A stretch of DNA of 64,000 nucleotides from Gemmatimonadales bacterium (GCA_041577295.1 JBFGJG010000004.1:1-64000), one strand, 5' to 3'. Counted from the first letter of the stretch, positions 29,904 through 40,051 are shown. The notes: a model not told the origin generated them from the letters alone. Numbers and translations: made by a program.

Positions 29904-31097
29904 TCAATAGCGCAGGATGGCCGCGACCATCCCCTCGTCGGGGACCTCGTCACGCGGGACGGCATACACTGCCGCGCGTGTCACGAAGCTCTGTACGGCA
30001 GCGAGGTCGAGCAAATCCCGATCGCCTGGCTGCTGCGCAGCGTGCTTCGTCACAACTCGTAACTGAGCATCGAACGTGCCCCAGCACTGCTCACCCAACG
30101 TCACGAAGATCGTGTCGATACGTCCATCGAGCGCTGCACCCAAGACGTGTTGCAGGTCGTTGGTCGCACGGTTCCCACCGACCGCTTCGTGGTAGCGGGC
30201 GACGGCGCCGCGCCGCTCCTCCGCAACAATCGGTTGAACGAGCTTCCATGCATCCCGGTGGAGATCGCTAGCCGCCATCTCGTCTGGGTTTCCGTCAATG
30301 GTCTGCTCGACAACGTTGGGGTGATCGCTCAACTTTTTGTACATTGATGCGATATAGCCCACTGCCGCGAGCACCACTGGCACTCCCTCCTCACCAACGA
30401 GCTTCACGACGCCTTCGTCCACCTCGCGCAAGTATTGAGCAATCTCCGCTTTCTCGTCGTCCCGTGGAGCTCCGTGACCGTGGAACATTCCTCCACGCAT
30501 GCCGGATTGACCTTTAGCGCCGCCGGTTCCTGTGTGAAACTGTAGCGAGCGCTGCTCCCAGTCGTATCCCACGGTGTCTCGCAAGTCACGAGGAATGTCA
30601 ATCAGATCGAGCGCTCGCATCGTATCCCGCGTGGCTTCGAAGAGGCGGACGGCGTGCTGGCTGATGGCGAGCACATGAAAGCGAGCGTCGCTCGCCAACA
30701 CCTGGAGCAGCGGCTTCAGGTGGTAATGATCCGCCACCACCACCAATTCCTCGACCGCCACAGGAAGGCGAAATACCTCCAAGCCCTCCTCAGAGATGAA
30801 CGCTGCCAAGCCCGCTCCCTGGTGCCTCCAGAATTCGTCGTCGCGTTGGAGCGCGAGGCCCGGTTCGAGAGCATTGCGGATCCACTGGGCCCGCGCTCCC
30901 TGCTGTTCCAGCATTTGCTCTGCCCGCTTGAGCAGGCTCTTGAACCGGATCGGATCTTGGTCGCAATCCGGGGATGTGTGATGCGTCGGGAGATAGACGG
31001 ACACTCGTGGTTTGTCAGTCTGCGCCATGAGAGACGCGATGGCGTCTCGCGTTACCCTACTCGCCTGCCACGACAACGTTGGCTGAGTCTTTGCCAT
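29904..31097 (-). CDS. Bacterial aeRF1-like protein (baeRF3/7 type; candidate ribosome hibernation factor)
   Basis: Start ATG 31097 after RBS GAGG. VSVYLPTH, DPIRFKSLL, HLKPLL, FHVLAISQ, FHGHG, IDGNPD, GRIDTIFV, DLLDLAA, C-terminal AAILRY; no GGQ. Confidence 0.82.
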   Translation of the reverse strand: MAKTQPTLSWQASRVTRDAIASLMAQTDKPRVSVYLPTHHTSPDCDQDPIRFKSLLKRAEQMLEQQGARAQWIRNALEPGLALQRDDEFWRHQGAGLAAFISEEGLEVFRLPVAVEELVVVADHYHLKPLLQVLASDARFHVLAISQHAVRLFEATRDTMRALDLIDIPRDLRDTVGYDWEQRSLQFHTGTGGAKGQSGMRGGMFHGHGAPRDDEKAEIAQYLREVDEGVVKLVGEEGVPVVLAAVGYIASMYKKLSDHPNVVEQTIDGNPDEMAASDLHRDAWKLVQPIVAEERRGAVARYHEAVGGNRATNDLQHVLGAALDGRIDTIFVTLGEQCWGTFDAQLRVVTKHAAQQPGDRDLLDLAAVQSFVTRAAVYAVPRDEVPDEGMVAAILRY

Positions 31098-31183
31098 AGG
31101 TCCTCTTACCTCTTTCCAATCTGAGCTGGTGAGATACCAGCTGGCCGTGAGCTCTCTCTGAAGATTCGTAATAGAGTATTCTG

Positions 31184-32386
31184 CTAATAGAGACGCACGG
31201 CCCGTCGCAAGGTCTCCTCCCACAGCCCGCCCAGCTGACAGAGCTGGCTCTGCACGATTTCCTCCACGGCAGGGTGCAGTGTCTCGAGCTGGCTCTCGTG
31301 GGAGACACCGAGCTGCACTTCTGCCAATTGGGGCGCATCAACTGGGGAGCCGATTTGGCTCACCAGCATGCAGTTGGCATGCGAGACGTCCTCAAGCCGA
31401 TTGACCAAGGCTTTGGCGATTCGATGGGCGGCCACGCTGTACATCTTTCCAACGTGGGTGATCGGGTTTTTACCGGCGGCCGACTCCATCACCATCGGTC
31501 GGCACGGCGTGATCAGTCCGCCAACACGATTGCCACGACCCGCCTGGCCATCGTCTCCAGCTTCGCCCGACGTTCCCGTCACCGTCAGGTAGTATCGGCC
31601 AGCTGCAGGATCATCAGCGGTATTCACGTGCACGGTGATTTCGTGATTCGAGATTTGCTGAGCCGCTTTCGAGGCGACCCTGGACACGAGCTCCTTAGCA
31701 GCCATGTACGCTTGCGGATCCGTGAGGAACCGGTCAACGGCGGCAAAGGCAACGGTCAAATCGATACGCGATCCTCGACGGATGCCGAGCACCTTGACGT
31801 CCTCACCAACTTCGGGATGAGTCTCTGTGTTCGACCGTGAGGTGAGCTCGCGCTCAACGGCCAGCACCACCTGCTCCAACGTGCTCAATGGTGCGTAGCC
31901 TGTACCACACGAGCTGTCGTTGGCGTATCCGATCCCGTGACGCGACGCTTCCCGCGAAAGCTTCACGAGCGCTTCGGAGCTGGGGCGTACGAGACAGCGG
32001 ACGCAAACGTGCTTCGCCGGGTCCAAGGCGTGCATGTGGTTTTGCAGCCAGGTGTGGACCGCTTGTTGGGCGAGATCGTCAACTGGAACGTCAAGGCCTC
32101 GATATCTGAGCGTCGCTCTGCCCGCGAGGAACAGTTGTATGGGCTCGAGTACCGTTCCCCCGCCAAAGCGGGGCGTCGTGGTTCCTGCCCACAACAGCGC
32201 CTTGTCCACATTGTGGTGCAACACCCGTTCGAACCGTTGGTGATAGAAGCGGGTCAGCGCGATCGATAGCTCCTCGCTCAACGCGTCGCACAGGGTATCC
32301 GGGTGGCCGAGTCCTTTGCGCTCCACAACTTCGACGGGCAACCGATCCGGATGGCGTGTGGCGAGTTGGCTGACGGAGACGGTCAT
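31184..32386 (-). CDS. mat: Methionine adenosyltransferase, archaeal type
   Basis: ERKGLGHPD, HHNVDK, ANDSS, GEDVKV, GDDGQAGRGNR, AGKNPITHVGK; start 32386 by ATGA overlap. Confidence 0.93.
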   Translation of the reverse strand: MTVSVSQLATRHPDRLPVEVVERKGLGHPDTLCDALSEELSIALTRFYHQRFERVLHHNVDKALLWAGTTTPRFGGGTVLEPIQLFLAGRATLRYRGLDVPVDDLAQQAVHTWLQNHMHALDPAKHVCVRCLVRPSSEALVKLSREASRHGIGYANDSSCGTGYAPLSTLEQVVLAVERELTSRSNTETHPEVGEDVKVLGIRRGSRIDLTVAFAAVDRFLTDPQAYMAAKELVSRVASKAAQQISNHEITVHVNTADDPAAGRYYLTVTGTSGEAGDDGQAGRGNRVGGLITPCRPMVMESAAGKNPITHVGKMYSVAAHRIAKALVNRLEDVSHANCMLVSQIGSPVDAPQLAEVQLGVSHESQLETLHPAVEEIVQSQLCQLGGLWEETLRRAVRLY

Positions 32387-33954
32387 GATGTTCGCCCTGC
32401 GAGCCCGACCGGCCACGTTGGTAGAAGGCGGCGAACCGTAGCCACGGTCTGCTCTAGTGGACGTGCCGTATCGAGCACGACGTGCTCCGTCTCGGGGAGC
32501 TCGTCGACCGCTTCCCAGCGGGCAATGAAGTCATCGTAGATCTCGATCCGGCCATCGCTCACGCCGGCGTGTTCAGCGCGGACTCGCAAGCGCGCTTTCG
32601 CGAGCTCAGCCGTGGCACGGCATTCGATGAAATGGAACGGTGCTCCGGCCTGCTGCGCGAAAGCGCGCGCTCGCGCCCGTAATGCCTTGGTGCGGAACGA
32701 GGCATCGAGAATCACCGAACGTCCCGAAGACACCACCGCGCTCGCGCGCCGAAAGAGCTCATCGTACACGCGGGCGCTTACTTCGGGGGCATACGCCCCT
32801 TGCCACGGAGCCTCGTGCAGCGGCTCGGTGGGCTCGACGCCCATGAGCGCCTTTCGTGTCCGGTCCGAGTCGACAACCGGAGCGGCGATTTCGATCCCGA
32901 TCAGGTCGGCAATGGTGCTCTTTCCTGCGGCGAGCTGTCCTCCCACCGCAACGACCACCGGTGGCAGCAGCGACCGGCGTTCTGATGCGAGCGCGAGGGT
33001 GAAGTACCGGCGAGCCTCCTGACCCGCGCGTTCGCGAGTCCGGAAGTGTGCGCTGTGATCGGCCGCGAGCATGGTGGCCACTTTGCCTCGCACGTACGCA
33101 CGATAGCTCTCGTAGAAGTCGACCAGACGGTACAGATCAAAGTCGTTGGCAAAGCGCGCGTAGCGTGCGAGCAAAAGCTCGGCGAGATCTGCGCGCCCGT
33201 GCCAGGTCAGATCCATCGAAAGGAAAGCGACATCAGCACAGACATCGGCGTAGCGGAATCGCTCATTGAATTCGATGCAGTCGAGAATCGTCACGGCGCC
33301 CGCGTCGTCGCAGTAGATCTGCTGGAGGCGGAGGTCGCCGTGTCCATCTCGCACCCGACCCGCTCGCGCACGCTCTTGGAAGAGATGCGCCTGCTGGTCG
33401 AGAAACCGGCATTGCCACTCTTCGATCTCTCGTGCTTCACTGCCGGACACGTACTCGAGGATGACGTCCCGAGTCTGCTCGAAATTCTCGCGCACGTTGC
33501 CGCCTATCACATCGACCGTTCCGAAGCGCGCGGTGTCCGCGTCCGAGGTGGCCTCCTCATGGAAGGCCGCAATCGTCTGGGCGAACACCTCGATGTGATG
33601 GTTATCCAACCGTCCGTCCTCGAGACGAACGTCGGCTCGGTCCGCGTGGGGGAGCCGGACCATGTGGACGGCCCAATCCACCGTTTGACCCAAACGCGCG
33701 ATGTGATGCTGTCCACGCGCGTCACGCGTGATTGGTACCACGCCCCGGTACACGCCGGGTGCTAGACGTCTATTGAGACGGACCTCCGCCTGACATGCCG
33801 CCTTGCGCTTGTCAGGCGTTGTGAAGTCGAGAAAGCCAAGCGCAACGGGCTTCTTGACCTTCCACACATCGCGCTCTCCGAGAAACACCCATGAGATGTG
33901 CGTTTCCACGAGCTCTAGGCCTGCTTCGCACAAGTCGTCTCTGAGAGTGCCCAT
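32383..33954 (-). CDS. APH/kinase-like plus P-loop (AAA_33) bifunctional protein (Rv2004c-like)
   Basis: ETHISWVFL, KVKKPV, EVRLNRRLAP, GHGDLR, DCIEFN; C-terminal GQLAAGKST, SDRTRK, ILDASF. Confidence 0.92.
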   Translation of the reverse strand: MGTLRDDLCEAGLELVETHISWVFLGERDVWKVKKPVALGFLDFTTPDKRKAACQAEVRLNRRLAPGVYRGVVPITRDARGQHHIARLGQTVDWAVHMVRLPHADRADVRLEDGRLDNHHIEVFAQTIAAFHEEATSDADTARFGTVDVIGGNVRENFEQTRDVILEYVSGSEAREIEEWQCRFLDQQAHLFQERARAGRVRDGHGDLRLQQIYCDDAGAVTILDCIEFNERFRYADVCADVAFLSMDLTWHGRADLAELLLARYARFANDFDLYRLVDFYESYRAYVRGKVATMLAADHSAHFRTRERAGQEARRYFTLALASERRSLLPPVVVAVGGQLAAGKSTIADLIGIEIAAPVVDSDRTRKALMGVEPTEPLHEAPWQGAYAPEVSARVYDELFRRASAVVSSGRSVILDASFRTKALRARARAFAQQAGAPFHFIECRATAELAKARLRVRAEHAGVSDGRIEIYDDFIARWEAVDELPETEHVVLDTARPLEQTVATVRRLLPTWPVGLAGRTS

Positions 33955-33998
33955 CGATCACCACCGTGTGCCGAGGTCCAGACACCGCCCGCTCGCCA

Positions 33999-35105
33999 TT
34001 ACGGCCTCCGATACCCCACGGCTTCGCGAACGCGACCCTCCGCCATCTCGACGGCAGCCACACGGGGCAACACCCCGTTTCGTTGCACGCGCTCGAGGAT
34101 CTCACGGGTGTTGGCGCGGATCTTCTCCTCGATGGTGGACATTGCTTGAGCCTGGGTCCCGCCCCGGTACTCGACCGCAGCGCAGATGACACCGCCGGCG
34201 TTGGCGATGAAGTCCGGGATGCTCCAAACGCCGTGCTCGTGCATCCATTTTTCCGCGGCATCGGTGGCCGGGATGTTGGCTCCCTGGAGGATGAGCTTCG
34301 CCTTGAGCTGGCCGACGTTGTCCTCGGTCAACACGTCTGGTCGTGCGGCGGGGATCCAGATGTCACAATCAACGCCAACGAGATCGTCCCGCTCCATCGC
34401 TTGGCCACCTGCGAAGGTCCCGACAGACTGGCCGCAGTCCTTGTGCGCAATCAATGCGTCGATATCGAGACCATCTGCTTCGAGCACGCCCCCGCGACTG
34501 TCGGAGGCCGCCACCAACTTGCAGCCGCGCTCGGCGAGAAACCGAGCAGCGTGTTTACCAACAGCACCGAACCCCTGAACGGCGACGCGCGCACCGTTGA
34601 GGTTGACCTTCGCCAACGGTGCGGCGACCTCTGCGGCAACCGCGAGACCAAACCCTGTCGCGCCGATCTGATCGAGCGGAATCCCGCCCACGACCCGGGG
34701 AAGCCCTACGACCCGGCCAATCTCGTCGTGCATCCACGCCATGCACTCTTCGTCCGTCCCCATGTCGGGACCGGGGATGTAGTCGGTCAAGTTGCGGATC
34801 AGTCGAGCGAAGGTGCGTACGAGGGCCTCTTTGTGCTCGCGGTCGACCGTTGGCGAGGCGACGATCCCTGCCTTGCCGCCCCCGTGGGGCAGTCCAGCCG
34901 CCGCGTTCTTCATGGTCATGGCGCGAGCCAAACGCCACACTTCGTCGAGCGTGACATCCGACGCCATCCGCACGCCACCTACCGCGGGACCGCACGCCAC
35001 GTTGTCGACGACCACGATGCCTTCGAGCCTGCTCACCGGCTCGTGCAGCAGCACGATCTTCGCCGGGCCGAGATCGTCGCCGATATTGCGCGCTACGACG
35101 TCCAT
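33999..35105 (-). CDS. Glu/Leu/Phe/Val dehydrogenase family protein
   Basis: GGVRM, MTMKNA, GGGKAGI, PGPDMGT, ATGFG, VQGFGAVG, GANIP, PDFIANAGGV; start ATG 35105. Confidence 0.92.
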   Translation of the reverse strand: MDVVARNIGDDLGPAKIVLLHEPVSRLEGIVVVDNVACGPAVGGVRMASDVTLDEVWRLARAMTMKNAAAGLPHGGGKAGIVASPTVDREHKEALVRTFARLIRNLTDYIPGPDMGTDEECMAWMHDEIGRVVGLPRVVGGIPLDQIGATGFGLAVAAEVAAPLAKVNLNGARVAVQGFGAVGKHAARFLAERGCKLVAASDSRGGVLEADGLDIDALIAHKDCGQSVGTFAGGQAMERDDLVGVDCDIWIPAARPDVLTEDNVGQLKAKLILQGANIPATDAAEKWMHEHGVWSIPDFIANAGGVICAAVEYRGGTQAQAMSTIEEKIRANTREILERVQRNGVLPRVAAVEMAEGRVREAVGYRRP

Positions 35106-36022
35106 AGAAAGCTCCCGTGATTGGCTGCGTCGACGGCAAGCGACGTATACAACACACGCTCCGCCTTGTTGCGTCCCGCGCCGGGCGTCTCGCTGGACGC
35201 TCGCGCGCGCGTCTTCCGGTTGATCCCCAGTTCCGGTACCCACGGCGCGACGCCGCGCGTGTCGGCCGGAAGCTGTTCATCGATTCCGATGATGAGCGCA
35301 CCGCCCGATCGGAGCACGGACAGAAGTCGTTTGAGCGTCTTGCGCTGCAAGGCCTCGTCGAAGTAGGTCAACGCGAGGTTGCGGCAGAGAACCAGGTCGA
35401 ACTGTTCTCGCGGAAGCTCCTCGCGCAGATCCTCGCAACGAAACTCGATTCCCGCCCGGAAAGCTGGCCGCACAACGAAGACACCGCCTGACTGCTCAAA
35501 TGCGCTCTCGAGCCACACGGGGCTCACCTCACGAAGGCTGCTTTTCTGATACTCCCCCAGACGGGCGCGCTGGATCAGCTGTGGATCGATGTCCGTGCCA
35601 AGCACGGAAAGCTCGACGGATGGGAACCTCGGCTTGACTTCCACATGCCAGAGGATGTTTACACTGTAGGGCTCTTCGCCTGAGCCACATCCGGCGCTCC
35701 AGCAGCGAAGCGTCCGATCGTCTCGGGTGAGCACCGCAGAAGCCAGCGCCGGTAGCACCTCCCGCCCAAGCCTATCGAAGACCGGACCATCTCTCGCGAA
35801 GCGAGAGATCGAGACGCGGCAAAAAGTATCCAGGATACGCCACTCCTCGGGGTGGCTCTCGAGGTAGGCTCTATACGCGCTGGGATTCGGGAGGTGGAGT
35901 TCCTGGATGCGGCGGCCAATCCGCCGGCAGACCTGACGGCGCACCCGCCGGAATCCCAGCCAACGCAACCCGATGCGCGGAAGCGCCCACTGCAACAACT
36001 CAACGCATTCAGAGCCGGGCAT
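35093..36022 (-). CDS. Stand-alone CheR-family SAM-dependent methyltransferase
   Basis: ISRFARD, CWSAGCGSGEEPYS, GTDID, FDLVLCRNLALTYF, LIIG. Confidence 0.9.
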   Translation of the reverse strand: MPGSECVELLQWALPRIGLRWLGFRRVRRQVCRRIGRRIQELHLPNPSAYRAYLESHPEEWRILDTFCRVSISRFARDGPVFDRLGREVLPALASAVLTRDDRTLRCWSAGCGSGEEPYSVNILWHVEVKPRFPSVELSVLGTDIDPQLIQRARLGEYQKSSLREVSPVWLESAFEQSGGVFVVRPAFRAGIEFRCEDLREELPREQFDLVLCRNLALTYFDEALQRKTLKRLLSVLRSGGALIIGIDEQLPADTRGVAPWVPELGINRKTRARASSETPGAGRNKAERVLYTSLAVDAANHGSFLWTS

Positions 36023-36197
36023 TGATCAGGTACGCTCGGTTCGCTAGAGGTGTCGGCAAGCTGTCCTAATCAGGTTGCGACACAGCAGGTAAAGGCCGGG
36101 TGAAGGTGGGGTGAATGCACCCGTGGAAACCCTCCTCTAGCCTTTGTCTCCTTCCGCCCCTATCCTAGGCACACCGGCGCGAAATTGCTGGCCCTCT

Positions 36198-39032
36198 ATG
36201 AGCGAACAGGCAGACAGGCTTTCGCGTGCTCTCTCCGGCCGCTATGGCATCGAGCGCGAGCTCGGCTCTGGCGGCACCGCCACGGTCTATCTGGCACACG
36301 ACGCCAAGCACAATCGCAAAGTCGCGCTCAAAGTCCTTCGGCAGGAGCTGTCGAGCGCCATTGCGGCCGAGCGATTCCTTCGGGAGATCGAGATCGAAGG
36401 GCAACTGCACCATCCGCACATCCTCCCGCTTTATGACTCTGACCAGGTGGATGGATTCCTTTTCTATGTGATGCCGTATATCGAAGGCGAGACGTTACGG
36501 CATCGGATCGATCGTGAGGGCCCACTCGAGTTCGAGGAAGCCCTCAAGCTCACCGACGAGATCGCAGATGCCCTCGATCACGCGCACAGCATGGGGTTCG
36601 TCCACCGCGATCTCAAGCCCGAGAACATTCTGTTGGATGCTGGACACGCTGTGCTCGCGGATTTCGGGCTTGCGCGCGCCATCGATGTCGCGGTGACGGA
36701 TCGGTTGACCGCCACCGGACTCGCAGTGGGCACACCGCGGTACATGAGTCCAGAGCAGGCGTCCGATGCCGATCGGATCGACGGGCGCACCGATGTCTAC
36801 TCGCTGGCGTGCGTTGTGTATGAGATGCTCTCTGGTGAACCACCGTTTTACGGTTCCACCCCACAGGCGCTCGTCCGCCGTCACATTCATGAGCCGCCGC
36901 CTTCGATCAGCGTGATTCGTCCGGGACTTCCCCCCGCGGTGGATCGGGCGCTCAAGAAAGCGCTGCAAAAGATCCCTGCGGATCGATACGCCTCGGCCTC
37001 GAAGTTCGCGGCTGCCCTGCGATCCGAGGACCGTGAGCACTTGTGGCGGGCACCCACGCGAAAAAGGCTTGCCGTCTTGGTGGGTGGGCTCGCCGCTGCG
37101 GGGGTGGCACTGACGCTCGTGGCGTTTCCCCCTGTGTCGGTCGAGCTCGATCCGCGAAAGATCGTCGTGTTTCCAGTCTCAGATGCGCGCGGGGCGGCCG
37201 TGCAAGGCGCCGTGACCAACGACGTCGCCCGTGCTCTGTGGGCCGAGCTCAACGCCACTGAGTTCTTCCGCGCGGTGGACGGCTGGTCTCACCTGGATTC
37301 GTCACGCCTTACAGGTGAGCGGCCCGTGACCGAAGGGCACGCGATCTCTCTGGCGAAGCGACAACGGGCGCGCTACGCCGTCATCCCACGGTTCACCGGT
37401 GAGAACGCGAGCCGACTCATGCTCGATGTGCACGATCTGGTTGGCGACTCGATGTTGCAGCGATCGGTGCTGGTCGATGCGGAGGCCGATGCGTGGCCAA
37501 TCGGTCTCGCGGCCGCGAGAGAGCTGCTCCCCGTCCACGTTCCGGGAAGCGCCGTGGGGGACGTGGGGAGCCTACGTGGCCGTTCGGTGCGGGCCATCAC
37601 CGAGTTTCTTCGCGCCGAGGAAGCCTACCGCAATGCACGCTTCGAGGAGGCGCTGCGGCATTATTCGAGCGCCGTGGAGCATGACTCGACCTTTGCGCTC
37701 GCCGCCCTTCGTGGTGCACAAGCCGCGAGCTGGAACCTCAGGCGGGATGTCTCCGCACGGCTGGTGGCGGTGGCGCTGCGAGATTCGCTGGCGCTCTCAC
37801 CACATTACCGTGCATTCGCGCGTGGGTTGGAGGACTATATCAAAGGCGAGGCGGACTCCGCGATCAAGCACTACGAACAGGCGCTCGGGTTCGACCGGTA
37901 CTGGGCTGAGGCGTGGATGGGGTTGGGCGAAGTCTTCACCCACCTGCTCCCCCGCCGCGTCGACGTGGCCGAGCGTGCCGCGGAGGCCTTCGAGCAGGTG
38001 TCTCGCCTGGATCCGGAGTTCGCGCCCGTTCGCTACCATCGCCTCGAGATCGCCCTACGTCGGGGTGACGTGGCCGCCGTGAACAACCTGCTGCCGCGGT
38101 TCGAGGCATCGAATCCGGATTCACACGAGCTGCGCCAGACACGGCTGATGGTGCGGTGCGTGACCCGCTCGCCCACGCGCGTCGACTGGCGCCGTGCGGT
38201 GTTGGAGTCACCGAACGTGGTGATCGATGCGGCCCGTTCTATGGCGGCGGGGGCCGGTCAGCCCGCGTGTGCCGAAGCCGCATGGCGTGCCGTGCTCGAG
38301 TATGACACGGCAGCGGCGACTTCGAATGCAGGCTTTGCCAGGGCGTGGGCAGGCATTTGGGGGCTGCAGAGTCTTTTGCTGACGCAAGGCCGGTACCGGG
38401 AATTGCGCACGCTGCTCGACTCGGCGGCGCAACAGCTCATCGATACACGCATATTCATTTTCTTGGACGCCTTCGTCGATCCCGAGTTTCAAGCTGAAGC
38501 GGAGTCGCTCGCGGCGAACCTGTGGCCGACCCATCGAGATGAATCCTGGTCCGCAACTCTATGGGCGTTCGGTGTGTGGGAGGCGCGCCGAGGAAGCGCC
38601 GATCGGGCCCGTGCGATCGTCGCGGAGCTCGAACGGAGGGCGGGGGAGAAAGGCTCGAGCGAGGACAGCCTGCTCGCGGCGCTGGTCGACGTGCACGCCC
38701 AGCTGGCAGCGCGCGCCGGCGATCCGCCGATCGAGCGTCTTCGCCTCCTGCTCTCACCGCGTGGCGGGCCGGGCGACATCCAGTGGGAGCTCTGGGCGTC
38801 TCGGGCCAACGAACGTTTGGCGCTTGCACAACTGTACCTCGAGCGGCAGGAGTTCCGCGAAGCGCTGCAAGTGGCAGCCAACTTCGATTCTCCTCAACCC
38901 GTGATCTACCCTCTCTATCTGTCTGCCAGCCTGGTGATCCGTCTCCAGGCAGCCGATGCCCTTGGTGACGGACGGCTTGCGCAGTGGTATCGCTCGAGGC
39001 TGAGATCCCTGGGGCGCCAGGACTTGCTGTAG
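36198..39032 (+). CDS. Hanks-type Ser/Thr protein kinase with TM segment and TPR/helical C-terminus
   Basis: LGSGGTATV, VALKV, HRDLKPEN, DFG, GTPRYMSPEQ, DVYSL; start ATG 36198. Confidence 0.95.
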   Translation: MSEQADRLSRALSGRYGIERELGSGGTATVYLAHDAKHNRKVALKVLRQELSSAIAAERFLREIEIEGQLHHPHILPLYDSDQVDGFLFYVMPYIEGETLRHRIDREGPLEFEEALKLTDEIADALDHAHSMGFVHRDLKPENILLDAGHAVLADFGLARAIDVAVTDRLTATGLAVGTPRYMSPEQASDADRIDGRTDVYSLACVVYEMLSGEPPFYGSTPQALVRRHIHEPPPSISVIRPGLPPAVDRALKKALQKIPADRYASASKFAAALRSEDREHLWRAPTRKRLAVLVGGLAAAGVALTLVAFPPVSVELDPRKIVVFPVSDARGAAVQGAVTNDVARALWAELNATEFFRAVDGWSHLDSSRLTGERPVTEGHAISLAKRQRARYAVIPRFTGENASRLMLDVHDLVGDSMLQRSVLVDAEADAWPIGLAAARELLPVHVPGSAVGDVGSLRGRSVRAITEFLRAEEAYRNARFEEALRHYSSAVEHDSTFALAALRGAQAASWNLRRDVSARLVAVALRDSLALSPHYRAFARGLEDYIKGEADSAIKHYEQALGFDRYWAEAWMGLGEVFTHLLPRRVDVAERAAEAFEQVSRLDPEFAPVRYHRLEIALRRGDVAAVNNLLPRFEASNPDSHELRQTRLMVRCVTRSPTRVDWRRAVLESPNVVIDAARSMAAGAGQPACAEAAWRAVLEYDTAAATSNAGFARAWAGIWGLQSLLLTQGRYRELRTLLDSAAQQLIDTRIFIFLDAFVDPEFQAEAESLAANLWPTHRDESWSATLWAFGVWEARRGSADRARAIVAELERRAGEKGSSEDSLLAALVDVHAQLAARAGDPPIERLRLLLSPRGGPGDIQWELWASRANERLALAQLYLERQEFREALQVAANFDSPQPVIYPLYLSASLVIRLQAADALGDGRLAQWYRSRLRSLGRQDLL

Positions 39033-39178
39033 TACTTCACTGCTCCTGGCGTCCGCGGTAGTGTTCGTTGGGAGACCGCCAAAGCCAACCATTTACATGG
39101 GATGGGAATGCACGAGTACGTAAGTGCACTGGAGTCGCCGCTTGCCAAAGCTCGGGGCGAGGCAATGGTGTCCACCTG

Positions 39179-39967
39179 ATGACGGGTGTGCTCGCGGTTC
39201 TCGGGCTTGGGTTCATTCTCGGCATGCGTCACGCCACAGATCCCGACCACGTCATCGCGGTCACCACCATTGTCACGCGGCACCGAACACCCCGTGGTGC
39301 GCTCTGGATCGGTGGGGTGTGGGGACTTGGACACACCCTCACAGTCATGGTCGTGGGTGGTGGGATCATCGTGTTTGGCTGGGTGATTCCCGAGCGAATC
39401 GGTCTTTCCTTCGAGCTCGGGGTGGGCATCATGCTCATTCTGCTTGGCCTCGCAAACCTCAAAGGCGCGCTCCGGCTGATCGGACGCCACGCGTCGCTGG
39501 GGACCGATGGCCAGTTGCATTCACAGACGCACAGTCACGGGGATTACGTGCACACGCACCCCCATGAGCACAATCCACAACGCCACCCGCACCGGCCGGA
39601 CCAGACTCCGTTGGCTTGGCTCGATCACCGTTTTGGCACAATGGGCCTATTCCAGGTGCTCCGACCGCTCGTCGTGGGCGTGGTTCACGGCCTCGCCGGC
39701 TCCGCGTCAGTGGCACTCCTGGTGCTGGCCGCTATCGGTAATGTCCGTTGGGGATTCGTTTACCTCGTGCTATTTGGTGCCGGGACCATTGTTGGCATGT
39801 TGCTGGTAACCGCCGCCATTACCTGGCCGTTGCGATTTGGGAATCAAACGTCGAACCTGTTTGCGGGAAGGGTGCGCGTAGCAGCGGGAGTGGTGAGTAT
39901 TGCTTTCGGTGCGTTCCTCGCCTATCACGTAGCCGTCACACGAGGACTCCTGACCGGCCTACCGTAA
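39179..39967 (+). CDS. High-affinity nickel/cobalt transporter (NicO/UreH-like)
   Basis: RHATDPDH, WGLGH, His-rich loop (HSQTHSHGDYVHTHPHEH), GVVHGLAGS. Confidence 0.9.
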   Translation: MTGVLAVLGLGFILGMRHATDPDHVIAVTTIVTRHRTPRGALWIGGVWGLGHTLTVMVVGGGIIVFGWVIPERIGLSFELGVGIMLILLGLANLKGALRLIGRHASLGTDGQLHSQTHSHGDYVHTHPHEHNPQRHPHRPDQTPLAWLDHRFGTMGLFQVLRPLVVGVVHGLAGSASVALLVLAAIGNVRWGFVYLVLFGAGTIVGMLLVTAAITWPLRFGNQTSNLFAGRVRVAAGVVSIAFGAFLAYHVAVTRGLLTGLP

Positions 39968-40051
39968 AGGAGGAGGGCACCGCCGATTGACCGCTGTCAC
40001 AGGTTGACGTATCCTTCACCCGTGGTGTTCGTCTTCAACCACAACTCCGAG

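Noticed and set aside
35093..36022. cheR as part of a chemotaxis operon
   Set aside because: No cheA, cheB, cheW, cheY or MCP genes in the window.
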